The notes under the pieces are model-generated. The model was not told where the DNA came from. It was given only the letters and a program-made list of their open reading frames with translations, and searched no databases. From positions 1,088,001-1,152,000 of the forward strand of contig CBDBOV010000006.1 in NCBI GenBank assembly GCA_965208575.1: DNA of 64,000 nucleotides, written 5' to 3'. Position 1 is the stretch's first letter. Each line of letters opens with the position of its first letter. The DNA is from Spirochaetia bacterium (GTDB lineage: Bacteria > Spirochaetota > Spirochaetia > SZUA-6 > Bin103). Made by a program: the position numbers and the translations under genes. Below, piece after piece: positions 1 through 9,186 of the stretch.

Positions 1-2
1 CG

Positions 3-566
3 ATCCTGTTCTCGCACCCCAAGGACTTCACGCCCGTGTGCACCACCGAGCTGGGCGCGGTGGCCGGCCTTACGGCCGAGTTCGCCAAGCGCAACTGCAA
101 GGTGCTGGGCATCAGCGTGGACGGCGTGAGCGACCACGAGGCGTGGTCGAAGGACATCGAGGCGTCGCAGGGGCACGCGGTCACCTACCCGCTCATCGGC
201 GACCCCGATCTGGCGATCGTCAAGGCGTACGACATGCTGCCCGCCGACGCCGGCGATACGTCCGAGGGCCGCACGCCGATGGACAACGCCACCGCGCGTA
301 GCGTGTTCGTGATCGGCCCCGACAAGAAGATCAAGGCCACCCTCACCTACCCGATGAGCACCGGGCGCAACTTCGCCGAGATCCTGCGGCTGGTCGACTC
401 CTGCCAGCTCACCGCGGGCAAGCAGGTGGCGACGCCGGCCAACTGGGCGCAGGGCGAGGACGTGATCATCCTGCCGTCGGTGTCGGACGAGGCGGCCAAG
501 GAGACCTATCCCGACGGCTGGGAGCAGCCGCTGCCCTACATCCGCATCGTCCCGCAGCCGAAATAG
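3..566 (+). CDS. 1-Cys peroxiredoxin (Prx6 family), 5' end outside the window
   Basis: Frame is open from nt 3: ILFSHPKDFTPVCTTELG (Prx6 PVCTTE active site), plus YPMSTGRNF and ATPANW of the Prx6 C-terminal domain. Confidence 0.93.
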   Translation: MLFSHPKDFTPVCTTELGAVAGLTAEFAKRNCKVLGISVDGVSDHEAWSKDIEASQGHAVTYPLIGDPDLAIVKAYDMLPADAGDTSEGRTPMDNATARSVFVIGPDKKIKATLTYPMSTGRNFAEILRLVDSCQLTAGKQVATPANWAQGEDVIILPSVSDEAAKETYPDGWEQPLPYIRIVPQPK

Positions 567-570
567 CGCA

Positions 571-2610
571 CTACTCGGCGTCGAATACCACCATGCCGTG
601 GCCGTCGAGCATGGTTACGGCGACGTGCGCGTAGCCGTTGCGGTAGTCGACCGGCAGGTCGACGCCGTGCGGCTCCAGGTGCGCGCGGCGCGGCGCCGCC
701 GGCAGCTTTACGGCCAGCGGCTGGTCGACCAGCGGGATGGCGTCTTCGACGATGTCCAGGCCGCTCGACTGCCCGGTGCGGTGGTCGAACGCGTCGGTGC
801 GCCGCTCGCGCGCGAAGCACAGCAGGTGCACGACCGTGCGCGGCCCCGAGCGCACCACCGTGGTCTCCAGCAGCGACGGGGCATCGGCGGCGCGTACCAG
901 CGGCTCCGGCAGCAGCAGGTCGATGCAGTTGCCGAGCAGGCGGCGGTGCGCCGGCACCGCGTGGCGCCCGTACAGGCCGAGGATCGGCAGCGCGAAGGTG
1001 ATCACGTTGCCGCTCTGCACCACCGCCGACCAGCGCGACAGCTCTGCCGGCGGCGTGTAGGAGTGGCCGGAGAAGCGCGCGAAGTGGCGCTCGAAGTAGG
1101 GCTCCACCACTCCGACCAGCGACTCGGCGCCGGCCGCCGGCTCGATCCGCACGCCCGGCTCGTAGGCGACGTGGTCGTACTCCGGGATGCCGGCGCTCAC
1201 CGCCGCACCCATGCGCAGGAAGGTGTGCGAGAATGGACTCGGCCCGGCGGCGGACACGCCCTGCTCGGCCAGCACCGGCTCGCCCTGCGCGGTGAATCCG
1301 GCCTGCCCTGACAGGATCAGGCCGCCCCCCGCGGCCACGAACGCGCGCAGCCTGGCCAGCAGCGCCTCGTCCACCGGGGTGGTCTCCGCCACCAGCACCA
1401 CCTCGTAACCGTCCAGGCCGGCATCGGGGCCGACCACGTCGAACTGCTGCTGCAACTGCTGCAGCGCGCGGGTGGCGCCGAGACCGGCGGCGCCCGGGGT
1501 GTCGCCCAGTTCCGGGTCCACCAGCAGCGCGATCTGGCTCTGCAGCACGCCGCCGGCCACGAACGGCTCGCACGCCTCGACGTGCGCGTACACGCCGCCG
1601 ATCAACTCGTACACCGCCGGCTGCGGGACGCCGCGCGGATGCAGCAGGTCGCCGATGCCGCCGGTCATGCCCTGGCTGAGCGCCTGGCAGCACTCGTACT
1701 TGAGCGCCGCCGCCGGCTTCAGGCCGGCGTTGTCCCCCCAGCTCTTGAAGAAGCGTCCGGTGTGGGTCAGGGTCGGCAGGCCGAACGGGCGCACGTAGCG
1801 CGCCACGTAGGGGAAGTAGGCGTACCCCCAGCCGCCGGTGGGCAGCGCCTCGATCTCCACCCGCCTGAGGTATTTCTTCTCCACGTGCAGGTTGGTCTTG
1901 GGGCGCGAGTTGTACCAGATGCCGAAGTGGTCGGCGCCCTTGCCGGCCTGCTCCACCAGGCCCGAGAACCGCTCCATGTAGGCCAGCGCCACCTCGCGCG
2001 CGTAGCGGTCGCGGTGCTCGGCGATGCGCGGGTCCAGGTTGCGCTTCGTCATCCCGGCCACCGCCCAGCGCGACACGCTCGGCTGGTCCCAGCACATGTC
2101 CAGGAAGATGCCGTCCACCGGCGCGTACAGCGCCAGCACCTCCTCGATCTGCTCGGCGAGGTACTCCTGGTAGGGACTGGACATGTCCAGCACCTGCCAG
2201 CCGGCGTGCAGCGCCTGCTCCTGGTCGGGTGAGAAATCGCGCGGCATCAGCTTGGCGTGGCGGCCGTCCGGCTGCACGGCCAGCCACTCGGGGTGGGTGT
2301 TGGCGGCGTACTCGTTGATCTGGCCGGTGATGTAGATCGGCGCGCGAATCCCGGCGCGGTGCAGGGCTTCGATCTGCGACCCGGTCAGGTCGAGGCCGGG
2401 CGCCAGGTTGGGGTGCCGGCAGGGGTGCTCGGTGCGGTAGTAGGCGTGGCCGTGATGGCAGGTGCCGAACACGGTGACGCTGTCGACGTGCGCCTCCTTG
2501 AATGTGCGCGCGAACTGCCCGGCGTCGAAGTCGGCGCCCACGCCGGGCACCTCCGGGCCGGTGTGGAAGTCGAGGTGGATGGTGCGCAGCGGAAAGGAGA
2601 ACTCAGGCAT
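571..2610 (-). CDS. Glycoside hydrolase, GH151/GHL6-like (putative alpha-L-fucosidase) with beta-galactosidase trimerisation-like domain
   Basis: N-terminal IHLDFHT...SVTVFGTCHHGHAYY, HPEW, DGIFLD, EIEALPTGGWGY and TGRFFKSWGD motifs; middle GATase-like segment; 679 aa; no signal peptide. Substrate is inferred. Confidence 0.75.
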   Translation of the reverse strand: MPEFSFPLRTIHLDFHTGPEVPGVGADFDAGQFARTFKEAHVDSVTVFGTCHHGHAYYRTEHPCRHPNLAPGLDLTGSQIEALHRAGIRAPIYITGQINEYAANTHPEWLAVQPDGRHAKLMPRDFSPDQEQALHAGWQVLDMSSPYQEYLAEQIEEVLALYAPVDGIFLDMCWDQPSVSRWAVAGMTKRNLDPRIAEHRDRYAREVALAYMERFSGLVEQAGKGADHFGIWYNSRPKTNLHVEKKYLRRVEIEALPTGGWGYAYFPYVARYVRPFGLPTLTHTGRFFKSWGDNAGLKPAAALKYECCQALSQGMTGGIGDLLHPRGVPQPAVYELIGGVYAHVEACEPFVAGGVLQSQIALLVDPELGDTPGAAGLGATRALQQLQQQFDVVGPDAGLDGYEVVLVAETTPVDEALLARLRAFVAAGGGLILSGQAGFTAQGEPVLAEQGVSAAGPSPFSHTFLRMGAAVSAGIPEYDHVAYEPGVRIEPAAGAESLVGVVEPYFERHFARFSGHSYTPPAELSRWSAVVQSGNVITFALPILGLYGRHAVPAHRRLLGNCIDLLLPEPLVRAADAPSLLETTVVRSGPRTVVHLLCFARERRTDAFDHRTGQSSGLDIVEDAIPLVDQPLAVKLPAAPRRAHLEPHGVDLPVDYRNGYAHVAVTMLDGHGMVVFDAE

Positions 2611-2879
2611 GGCGGGAGACTACCGGAGCCGGTCACTCAACGGCAACACGCACCGCCGCTCGACATTCTTCCCTGTTGACGCTTTCTCCGTCCCATCCCC
2701 CGCCCCACGTTGACTCAGCGTGTCTCATAGCTCGAAATATGGTTATACTTCTAAATCACATGCTTCACCAATGCGCTCGTTTGCGCGGACAACTCGCACA
2801 GCCTGATGACCGCTACAGTGTATAGCCTATTCTGGCTGCCATCCTCGCACCGACGGTGTGTATAGAAAGGAAGGGACTT

Positions 2880-3995
2880 ATGCCGACACCAGAGTCCAAA
2901 TCCACTCCGGACAACGATGTTGAAGAGCTGGAGGGCTTGGACAAGAGCGAGCCCTCCTGGGGTGACTATCCCTTGGAAGAGGTTCTTATCCGCAACGACA
3001 ATCGCACGATATATGACATAGTTCGCCGCATACGAGACGGCCGCTATGTCATGGATCCAGACTTCCAACGGGATTTCATATGGCGCGAGGACAAGCAGAG
3101 CAAGCTCATTGAATCCGTTGTAATGAGAATACCGCTGCCAGTGGTCTATCTCGCCGAGGACGATGAAGGCAGGATGGTAGTTGTCGACGGTCTACAGCGT
3201 CTCTCTACGTTCGACCGCTTCGTGAACGGCAGATTGAAACTTCAACTTTCCGATCGCCCCGAACTGCATGGCAAGACATTCATGGAGTTGTCTCCGAAGC
3301 TTCAGAACCGCATCGAAGACTGCAATCTGATCTGTTACATCATTGACTCGAAGGTCCCGGAGCGTGCTCGGCTCGACATTTTCGAACGCGTCAACGGTGG
3401 AGTCCCTCTGAGCCGCCAGCAAATGAGAAACAGCCTCTTCATGGGTCCGGCGACAAGGTTTCTCAAGGAAGCGGCGAGAACTGATCTGTTTCTGCAGGCA
3501 ACAGGTAGCAGCCTCAATACGAAAACCATGCGCGATCGCGAATTCGTCAATCGGTTCTGTGCGTTCCGAATTCTCGGCATCGACTCCTACCGCGGGAACG
3601 AAATGGATGAATTTCTAGCACAGTCCCTGCAGATCATGAATCGGATGAGTCAGAATGTGCTACAACAGTTGTCCGATGACCTACAGACGACACTGAACAA
3701 TAACTTCGTTTTGTTCAAACGCCACGCGTTCAGGAAGTATACGCCGGGTCAGACACGACGGAGCGTGCTGAACGCATCCCTGTGGGACGTGATGTCGACC
3801 GGCTTATCGTACTACACGAAGACGCAGGTAGAAGCGGCTGCCGACACTCTTCGAACAGCTTACTATCAGTTGCTCTCGGAAGAGGACTTCAATACAGCGA
3901 TTACCTACGGGACGAATGATAGGAAGAGGGTCTTACTTCGATTCGAGAGGGTAACGCACATGCTGGAGGAAACACTCGGTGCTCACCAGGATTGA
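2880..3995 (+). CDS. nsnA: DUF262 (ParB/Srx-like, GmrS-type) protein; Menshen NsnA-like
   Basis: DUF262 motifs PDFQRDFIW, LIESVVMRIPLP, VVDGLQRLST and IFERVNGG; ATG at 2880 after purine-rich GAAAGGAAGGG; first gene of a coupled trio. Confidence 0.8.
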   Translation: MPTPESKSTPDNDVEELEGLDKSEPSWGDYPLEEVLIRNDNRTIYDIVRRIRDGRYVMDPDFQRDFIWREDKQSKLIESVVMRIPLPVVYLAEDDEGRMVVVDGLQRLSTFDRFVNGRLKLQLSDRPELHGKTFMELSPKLQNRIEDCNLICYIIDSKVPERARLDIFERVNGGVPLSRQQMRNSLFMGPATRFLKEAARTDLFLQATGSSLNTKTMRDREFVNRFCAFRILGIDSYRGNEMDEFLAQSLQIMNRMSQNVLQQLSDDLQTTLNNNFVLFKRHAFRKYTPGQTRRSVLNASLWDVMSTGLSYYTKTQVEAAADTLRTAYYQLLSEEDFNTAITYGTNDRKRVLLRFERVTHMLEETLGAHQD

Positions 3996-5187
3996 ACTCG
4001 ACCACTTCAAGTGCTTTGAACTCCTAAAGCTGCCGCTCCGACCGTTGACTCTTCTTTCCGGTACCAACGCGTCCGGGAAGTCCTCGCTACTGCAAGCCCT
4101 GGTATTGCTGCACCAGACCATGCGCGATCATGAGTGGTCACAGCGGCTGATGCTCAACGGACAATCGATCAAGCTGGGAACTGTGGCCGATGTGGTAGAT
4201 CAGCACGCCCGGCGTTCCTGCGAAATCGCATTGGAAACCGATGAGTACACTTGTCGGTGGGGGTTCTTCGGTGAACCAGGAGAGATGTCGATGGCGGTGG
4301 CCCGTGTATCCGCCGAAGGACGGGACTTGGAGCGTGGGCGAAGTGGATGGTACCGGCCCAGTTCGTCTGATTCAGACAGCGAGAGACACTCACTGTATCA
4401 GCTCTACCCTTGGGGCGAATACAAATTGAACGACGCGATCAGTCTCGCACCGACCGGAGGCATGCTGCACGGACTTGCATATCTCTCGGCCGAGCGGGAA
4501 GGACCGCGCGAGACCTACCCGTTGGAGGCTGTGCATGCTCCCGGTGACGTGGGTGGGCGTGGCGAACATGCGGTGAGTATGCTTCACTTCGGCGGTGACA
4601 CACGAGTACTCGACAAGTTGGCCGTTGTCGGCATTCCACCTACCCTGCTACGTCAGGTCGAAGCAAGGATGAAGGAGTTCTTTGCCGGCTGCGAGTTGGA
4701 CCTCCAGAAGATTCCACAGGCAAACGCCGTGACGTTGGGGTTACGCACCTCACGAGATATGGATTTCCATCGCCCGCTTCACACCGGTTTCGGACTGACG
4801 CAAGTGTTGCCCATCGTAGTTGCGGCACTGTCGGCGCAATCGGATGGCGTTCTGCTCATCGAGAATCCGGAAGTACACCTGCATCCTGCCGGCCAGGCGG
4901 CGATGGGTCGGTTTCTGGCGGAAGTTGCGTCGGCCGGAATCCAGGTGATTCTGGAGACTCATAGCGATCACGTGCTGAACGGAGTGCGACGTGCCGTAAA
5001 GCAGCACACCCTGAACGCCGAGGATACCGCCGTGCACTTTTTCGCACCACGATCCCTTGCCGAAGGTGAGGGAATCGCCCAAGTTCAGAGTCCGCTGCTG
5101 GACAAAGACGGTAACGTCGACACTTGGCCGGATGGGTTCTTTGATCAGTTCGACAAGGACACCAACTACTTCGCTGGGTGGAGTTGA
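3979..5187 (+). CDS. nsnB: ABC/AAA_21-type ATPase with C-terminal DUF3696; Menshen NsnB-like
   Basis: Walker A GTNASGKSS, signature-like TGFGLTQVLP, Walker B LLIENPEVHLHP, H-loop ETHSDH, DUF3696 WPDGFFDQ; GTG start overlaps the upstream gene, GGAGG at 3965-3969. Confidence 0.85.
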   Translation: MLTRIELDHFKCFELLKLPLRPLTLLSGTNASGKSSLLQALVLLHQTMRDHEWSQRLMLNGQSIKLGTVADVVDQHARRSCEIALETDEYTCRWGFFGEPGEMSMAVARVSAEGRDLERGRSGWYRPSSSDSDSERHSLYQLYPWGEYKLNDAISLAPTGGMLHGLAYLSAEREGPRETYPLEAVHAPGDVGGRGEHAVSMLHFGGDTRVLDKLAVVGIPPTLLRQVEARMKEFFAGCELDLQKIPQANAVTLGLRTSRDMDFHRPLHTGFGLTQVLPIVVAALSAQSDGVLLIENPEVHLHPAGQAAMGRFLAEVASAGIQVILETHSDHVLNGVRRAVKQHTLNAEDTAVHFFAPRSLAEGEGIAQVQSPLLDKDGNVDTWPDGFFDQFDKDTNYFAGWS

Positions 5188-6147
5188 GTGGAACTCCTAG
5201 CGAACGATCTATCCTTTCACGGTCAGTTCGAGAACATACCGTCGTTTCGTACCGCGTTGGGAACACTCATGACGTTGCGTCGCACGGCGCAACGGTTTGG
5301 GCGCGAAGTCCATTGCAATCGTGACCTGCTGCAAGTTTCTCCGTTGCCCAACATGAGCATGCAACAAGCGCTCTCCCGTCTGAATCGAGACGAACAACGT
5401 GCGGTGCTACTCTGGTTTCTCAAAGCCGGCCCGTTCTGGGACGACCTACGTAGGCACGATGCGGCCGACTGGTTCGAGTGTCGGGGCTCTATCGTCACCG
5501 ACTGTGCGCTCGGCGAGGCCGCTTTCCGGTCACTTCACGGCATCGATTCAGCCCTGATTGGGGCTTCACCATCCGATTGGGACGCAACACCCTTGGAAGT
5601 AGAGTGGCGCCGTGAGGCTGAGAGCCTCAACGATCTAACTGTCTCTATCGCGAACTGGTGGGAAGTGGACTCGTTGACGAGACACCTCCAGCATGCTGCG
5701 GTTCCCGTGCGTACGTGGGGCGAACTTGCGATGCTGGCAGCGCAACGATTCGAGGCTCTGCAGATTGCGCGAGATGGTTTCGTACCGCTGTCGGGTGTCC
5801 CTTTCAACCGCAGTTCCTCCGATCGCATCCTCCACCTGCTCCATGTGCTGGATAGACTGGTTCAGGAAGTTGCTCCAGGAGACAACTTTACTCCAGAAGG
5901 TCAACGCATCTATCAACAATACTTCGTGGGGAGGAACGCGTTATTCTCTAATTCGTCGAATCAGGAGATACACGACTTTCGGCGCAGGCTCACGTTCCGC
6001 GATCCAGACGTTCCGGCCATTACTCGCTTCTGTCCTTGGCACGGGAAGGAGCGCCACATGACTCTCCGGCTGCACTTCTCTTGGCCGCCCCGGCACGGCG
6101 AGAGGGTTCATGTCGTGTATGTGGGCCCGAAGCTTACCAAGCGATGA
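5188..6147 (+). CDS. Hypothetical protein, putative Menshen NsnC-like effector with possible C-terminal RelE-like nuclease
   Basis: GTG directly follows the ATPase TGA; same lowered GC; C-terminus WHGK...LRLHFSW...VHVVYVGPKL resembles RelE/ParE-type folds (inference). Confidence 0.65.
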   Translation: MELLANDLSFHGQFENIPSFRTALGTLMTLRRTAQRFGREVHCNRDLLQVSPLPNMSMQQALSRLNRDEQRAVLLWFLKAGPFWDDLRRHDAADWFECRGSIVTDCALGEAAFRSLHGIDSALIGASPSDWDATPLEVEWRREAESLNDLTVSIANWWEVDSLTRHLQHAAVPVRTWGELAMLAAQRFEALQIARDGFVPLSGVPFNRSSSDRILHLLHVLDRLVQEVAPGDNFTPEGQRIYQQYFVGRNALFSNSSNQEIHDFRRRLTFRDPDVPAITRFCPWHGKERHMTLRLHFSWPPRHGERVHVVYVGPKLTKR

Positions 6148-6236
6148 GTATCAACCCCTGCACCCCCCGAATTCGTTTCCATCGATAGACGTTCAGACCA
6201 GCGGCTCCGCAGGTCGATCATCTGAAGTAGGCACTC

Positions 6237-7235
6237 ATGACAGCCCGCGTCCGCATTATCCTGGCGTGCTTGCTGCTCACCGGCGTGGCCCTCGCGGGCG
6301 CGGTGGGCTTCATGCTCGTCGAAGGCTGGTCCTTCGGGGAGAGCCTGTACATGGCGGTGATCACGGTGTCCACCGTCGGTTACGGCGAGGTGCAGCCGCT
6401 CAGCCGCGCCGGCCGCCTGCTCGCGGTCGCGGTGATCCTGGTGGCGGTGGGAGCGCTCGGCTTTTCCGCCACCAGCATCGGCGTCTACCTGGCGGATGGG
6501 CACCTGCTGCACGACCTGAGGAGGAAGCGTATGGAACGCGCGCTGCGCAGGCTGCACGGCCACTTCATCATCTGCGGCGGCGGCCGCTTCGGCCGCGAGG
6601 TGGCCGGCGAGTTCGCGCGCTCGCGGGCCAGCTACGCGGTGGTCGACCTGGATCCCGACCGGTGCGACCTGGCCGGCACGCCGGGGCTGCCGTTCGTCAC
6701 CGGCGACGCCGGCGACGACCAGGCGCTGCGGGAGGCGGGCGTGGAGCGCGCCAAGGGCCTGGTGGCGGCGCTGCCGGAGGACGACGCCAACCTGTACGTG
6801 GTGCTCACCGCCCGCCAGCTCAACCCCGGCCTGGTCATCATCACGCAGGCGGTGGAGCAGCGCTCGATCGACAAGCTGCGGCTGGCGGGCGCCGACCGGG
6901 TGGTGTCGCCCTACCTGATCGCCGGGCGGGCGATGGCATCGGCGCTGCTGCGCCCCTCGGTGGTGAACTTCCTCGACGAGGCGCTGTACCGCGAAACCAC
7001 GCCGCTGCAGATCGAACAGCTCCAGGTCCCGGAGCGCTCGCCGCTGGCCGGCCAATCGGTGCGCACCGCGGACGTCGGCCCCGCCACCGGCGCCACCGTG
7101 GTGGCGATCCACCGCGCCGACGGTGCCCTGGTGACCGCCGCCGAGGCCCTCACCGCCACCGTTCACGGCGGCGACATCCTGGTCGCGGTCGGCACCACCG
7201 AACAGCTTCAGGCACTGACCGACCTGGCCGGATAG
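6237..7235 (+). CDS. 2-TM potassium channel with RCK (TrkA-N/TrkA-C) domains
   Basis: Selectivity filter TVSTVGYGEV between two TM helices; Rossmann motif ICGGGRFG, GDA, DDANL, AGADRVVSP; C-terminal TrkA-C domain. Confidence 0.92.
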   Translation: MTARVRIILACLLLTGVALAGAVGFMLVEGWSFGESLYMAVITVSTVGYGEVQPLSRAGRLLAVAVILVAVGALGFSATSIGVYLADGHLLHDLRRKRMERALRRLHGHFIICGGGRFGREVAGEFARSRASYAVVDLDPDRCDLAGTPGLPFVTGDAGDDQALREAGVERAKGLVAALPEDDANLYVVLTARQLNPGLVIITQAVEQRSIDKLRLAGADRVVSPYLIAGRAMASALLRPSVVNFLDEALYRETTPLQIEQLQVPERSPLAGQSVRTADVGPATGATVVAIHRADGALVTAAEALTATVHGGDILVAVGTTEQLQALTDLAG

Positions 7236-7501
7236 CAGGTTCGAGACCAACGCCGTCCGCGACCGGCCGAGCCGCACCGATGCGGCCACCGCCCCGGCGG
7301 AAGAAAGCACCTGCCACCCGAACCGCCCGCCGGCGGCGCCGCTCGCGGCCCAAACGGGCCTGCTTTGGGAGCGTGCCGGAAGACGGGCACCCGCGCGCGG
7401 CGGCGGCGCGCGCGCGCGCGAAACGCGCGGGTAATCGCCAGCGCCCCGCCTAGCGCCCCGAAATCCCCGCCTGCGGCGGCGCTTCCGGCCCAACCGGCCT
7501 A

Positions 7502-7536
7502 CCTAGGAGCCTGCCGGAATCCGACAGGCTCCTAGG
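7502..7536. repeat. Near-perfect inverted repeat flanked by CTAG at the fdhA stop (terminator-like hairpin or IS-end footprint)
   Basis: CCTAGGAGCCTG-CCGGAATCCGA-CAGGCTCCTAGG: 12-bp perfect arms; CTAG at 7503-7506 and 7532-7535; no U-tract. Confidence 0.7.
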
Positions 7537-8722
7537 CGGCGATCATTCCGTGCGGGTCGATGATGAACTTCTTGGCCGCGCCGCGGTCGAAGTCCTGGTA
7601 GCCCTGCGGGCCGTCGTCGAGCGAGATCACCGTCGCGCCGACGTTCTTGGCCACCGACACCTTGTCGTACAGGATCGCCTGCATGAGCTGGCGGTTGTAG
7701 GTCATCACCGGGCACTGGCCGGTGGTGAAGTGGTGCGACTTGGCCCAGCCGAGGCCGATGCGGATGCCGAGGTTGCCGATCTTGGCGTTGTCGTCGACAC
7801 CGCCGGGATCGCCGGTCACGTACAGTCCCGGAATGCCGATGCCGCCGCCGGCGCGGGTCACTTCCATCACCGAGTTGAGCACCGTGGCGGGCTGCTCCAC
7901 GGCGGCTTCCTTGCCGTGGCCGCGCGCCTCGAAACCGACGCAGTCCACCGCCTGGTCCACCTCCGGCTCGCCCATGATCTGCTCAATCTGCTCGGCCAGG
8001 GTGGCCTCCTGGCGCAGGTCCACCGTTTCGCAGCCGAAGCTGCGCGCCTGCTCCAGGCGTTCGGGAATCATGTCGCCGACAATCACCACGGCGGCGCCGA
8101 GCAGTTGGCAGCCGGTGGCGCACGCCAGGCCGACCGGCCCGGCGCCGGCCACGTAGACGATCGAGCCGGGGCCGACGCCGGCGCTGTAGGCGCCGTGGAA
8201 GCCGGTGGGGAAGATGTCGGACAGCAGCGTCAGGTCCTGGATCTTGGCTAGGGTCACGTCGCGCTCCGGCAGCTTGAGCACGTTGAAGTCGGCATACGGC
8301 ACCATCACGTACTCGGCCTGGCCGCCGACCCAGCCGCCCATGTCGACGTAGCCGTAGGCGGCGCCGGGGCGGGCGGGATTGACGGTCAGGCAGATCCCGG
8401 TCTTGCGCTCCTTGCAGTTGCGGCAGCGCCCGCAGGCGATGTTGAACGGCACCGACACGATGTCGCCGACGTCGATGAACTCCACGTCGTGGCCCCTCTC
8501 AATCACCTCGCCGGTAATCTCGTGGCCCAGGATCAGCCCGGCCGGCGCGGTGGTGCGGCCGCGCACCATGTGCTGGTCGCTGCCGCAGATATTGGTCGAC
8601 ACGATCTTGAGAATGACCCCGTGGTCACACTTGCGGTCGCCGAGCGCGAGCGTGGGAAAGTCGATGTCCTGAATCTCCACGACACCGGGCTTGACGTAAG
8701 CGAGTCCTCTGTTTTCAGCCAT
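7532..8722 (-). CDS. fdhA: Glutathione-independent formaldehyde dehydrogenase (Zn-dependent MDR family)
   Basis: STNICGSDQHMVRGRT, GHEITGEV, structural Zn site CGRCRNC...C, LSDIFPTGFHG, GAGPVG, GLGWAKSH, GQCPV; AGGAGG RBS. Confidence 0.93.
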   Translation of the reverse strand: MAENRGLAYVKPGVVEIQDIDFPTLALGDRKCDHGVILKIVSTNICGSDQHMVRGRTTAPAGLILGHEITGEVIERGHDVEFIDVGDIVSVPFNIACGRCRNCKERKTGICLTVNPARPGAAYGYVDMGGWVGGQAEYVMVPYADFNVLKLPERDVTLAKIQDLTLLSDIFPTGFHGAYSAGVGPGSIVYVAGAGPVGLACATGCQLLGAAVVIVGDMIPERLEQARSFGCETVDLRQEATLAEQIEQIMGEPEVDQAVDCVGFEARGHGKEAAVEQPATVLNSVMEVTRAGGGIGIPGLYVTGDPGGVDDNAKIGNLGIRIGLGWAKSHHFTTGQCPVMTYNRQLMQAILYDKVSVAKNVGATVISLDDGPQGYQDFDRGAAKKFIIDPHGMIAA

Positions 8723-8802
8723 CCTTGAATCCTCCTGAACAGTTCAATTGCCCGAATCCTACACGGGAAAGCGGCAACGCAGCCAGACGGGCAGTGTCCG
8801 GA

Positions 8803-9021
8803 TCAGCGGGCCGCGCCGGCTTCCGCCTCCTCCTCTTCGCCCTCTTCGGTCGCCTCATCCTCCACGTCGCCGGGGAGGTTGAGGCCGCGGTATTCTGCGA
8901 TCAGCGTCTCCGCGTCGTGTTCGACCGGATTGGCGCGCCGCTCTCGCTTGCGCTGTTGCTTTTCTGCTCGCGCCAGTTCCCGGCGCCTCTTCTGTGCACT
9001 ATGTTTGGAGCGTCTTGCCAC
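8803..9021 (-). CDS. Small hypothetical protein (72 aa), basic N-terminal half and acidic C-terminal half
   Basis: 3' end of ORF 8803..9684; GTG at 9021 preceded by GGAGGA; MARRSKHSAQKRRRELARAEKQQRKRERR...DEATEEGEEEEAEAG reads as real coding sequence. Confidence 0.6.
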   Translation of the reverse strand: MARRSKHSAQKRRRELARAEKQQRKRERRANPVEHDAETLIAEYRGLNLPGDVEDEATEEGEEEEAEAGAAR

Positions 9022-9186
9022 GGGTCCTCCAACGGATCTATTCGGGCCGCCCGGTACGTATCCGGCGCCCCGGACATCCATTACGGAGCCGGCGGGCGGC
9101 CGGCGGCGCCTTGCTCTAAAATAACCTACGTCACGCTCGGCCTCAAGCCCATCGGGCGAACCACGAGCTCGGGAGAGGAGATTCAC

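Larger units (their letters stand above)
2650..6230. other. Lower-GC, probably horizontally acquired defence islet
   Basis: Visibly more A/T and more A/T-ending codons than the flanking genes; no integrase, IS or terminal repeats seen; boundaries approximate. Confidence 0.65.

Noticed and set aside
536-2287. 583-aa minus-strand ORF and other overlapping Arg/Ala/Gly-rich ORFs across the window
   Set aside because: Alternative-frame artefacts of high GC overlapping well-supported genes.
2880-3995. GmrSD type IV restriction enzyme or SspE
   Set aside because: DUF262 is present but no C-terminal HNH/DUF1524 motif; the DUF3696 partner fits Menshen better.
2650-6230. Prophage, integron or transposon origin of the defence islet
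   Set aside because: No integrase, transposase, tRNA, att-like direct repeats or attC structure found by eye.
8725-9186. 154-aa N-terminal extension on apt
   Set aside because: Apt homology begins at ATG 9187 with a good RBS; the extension overlaps a better small gene on the opposite strand.
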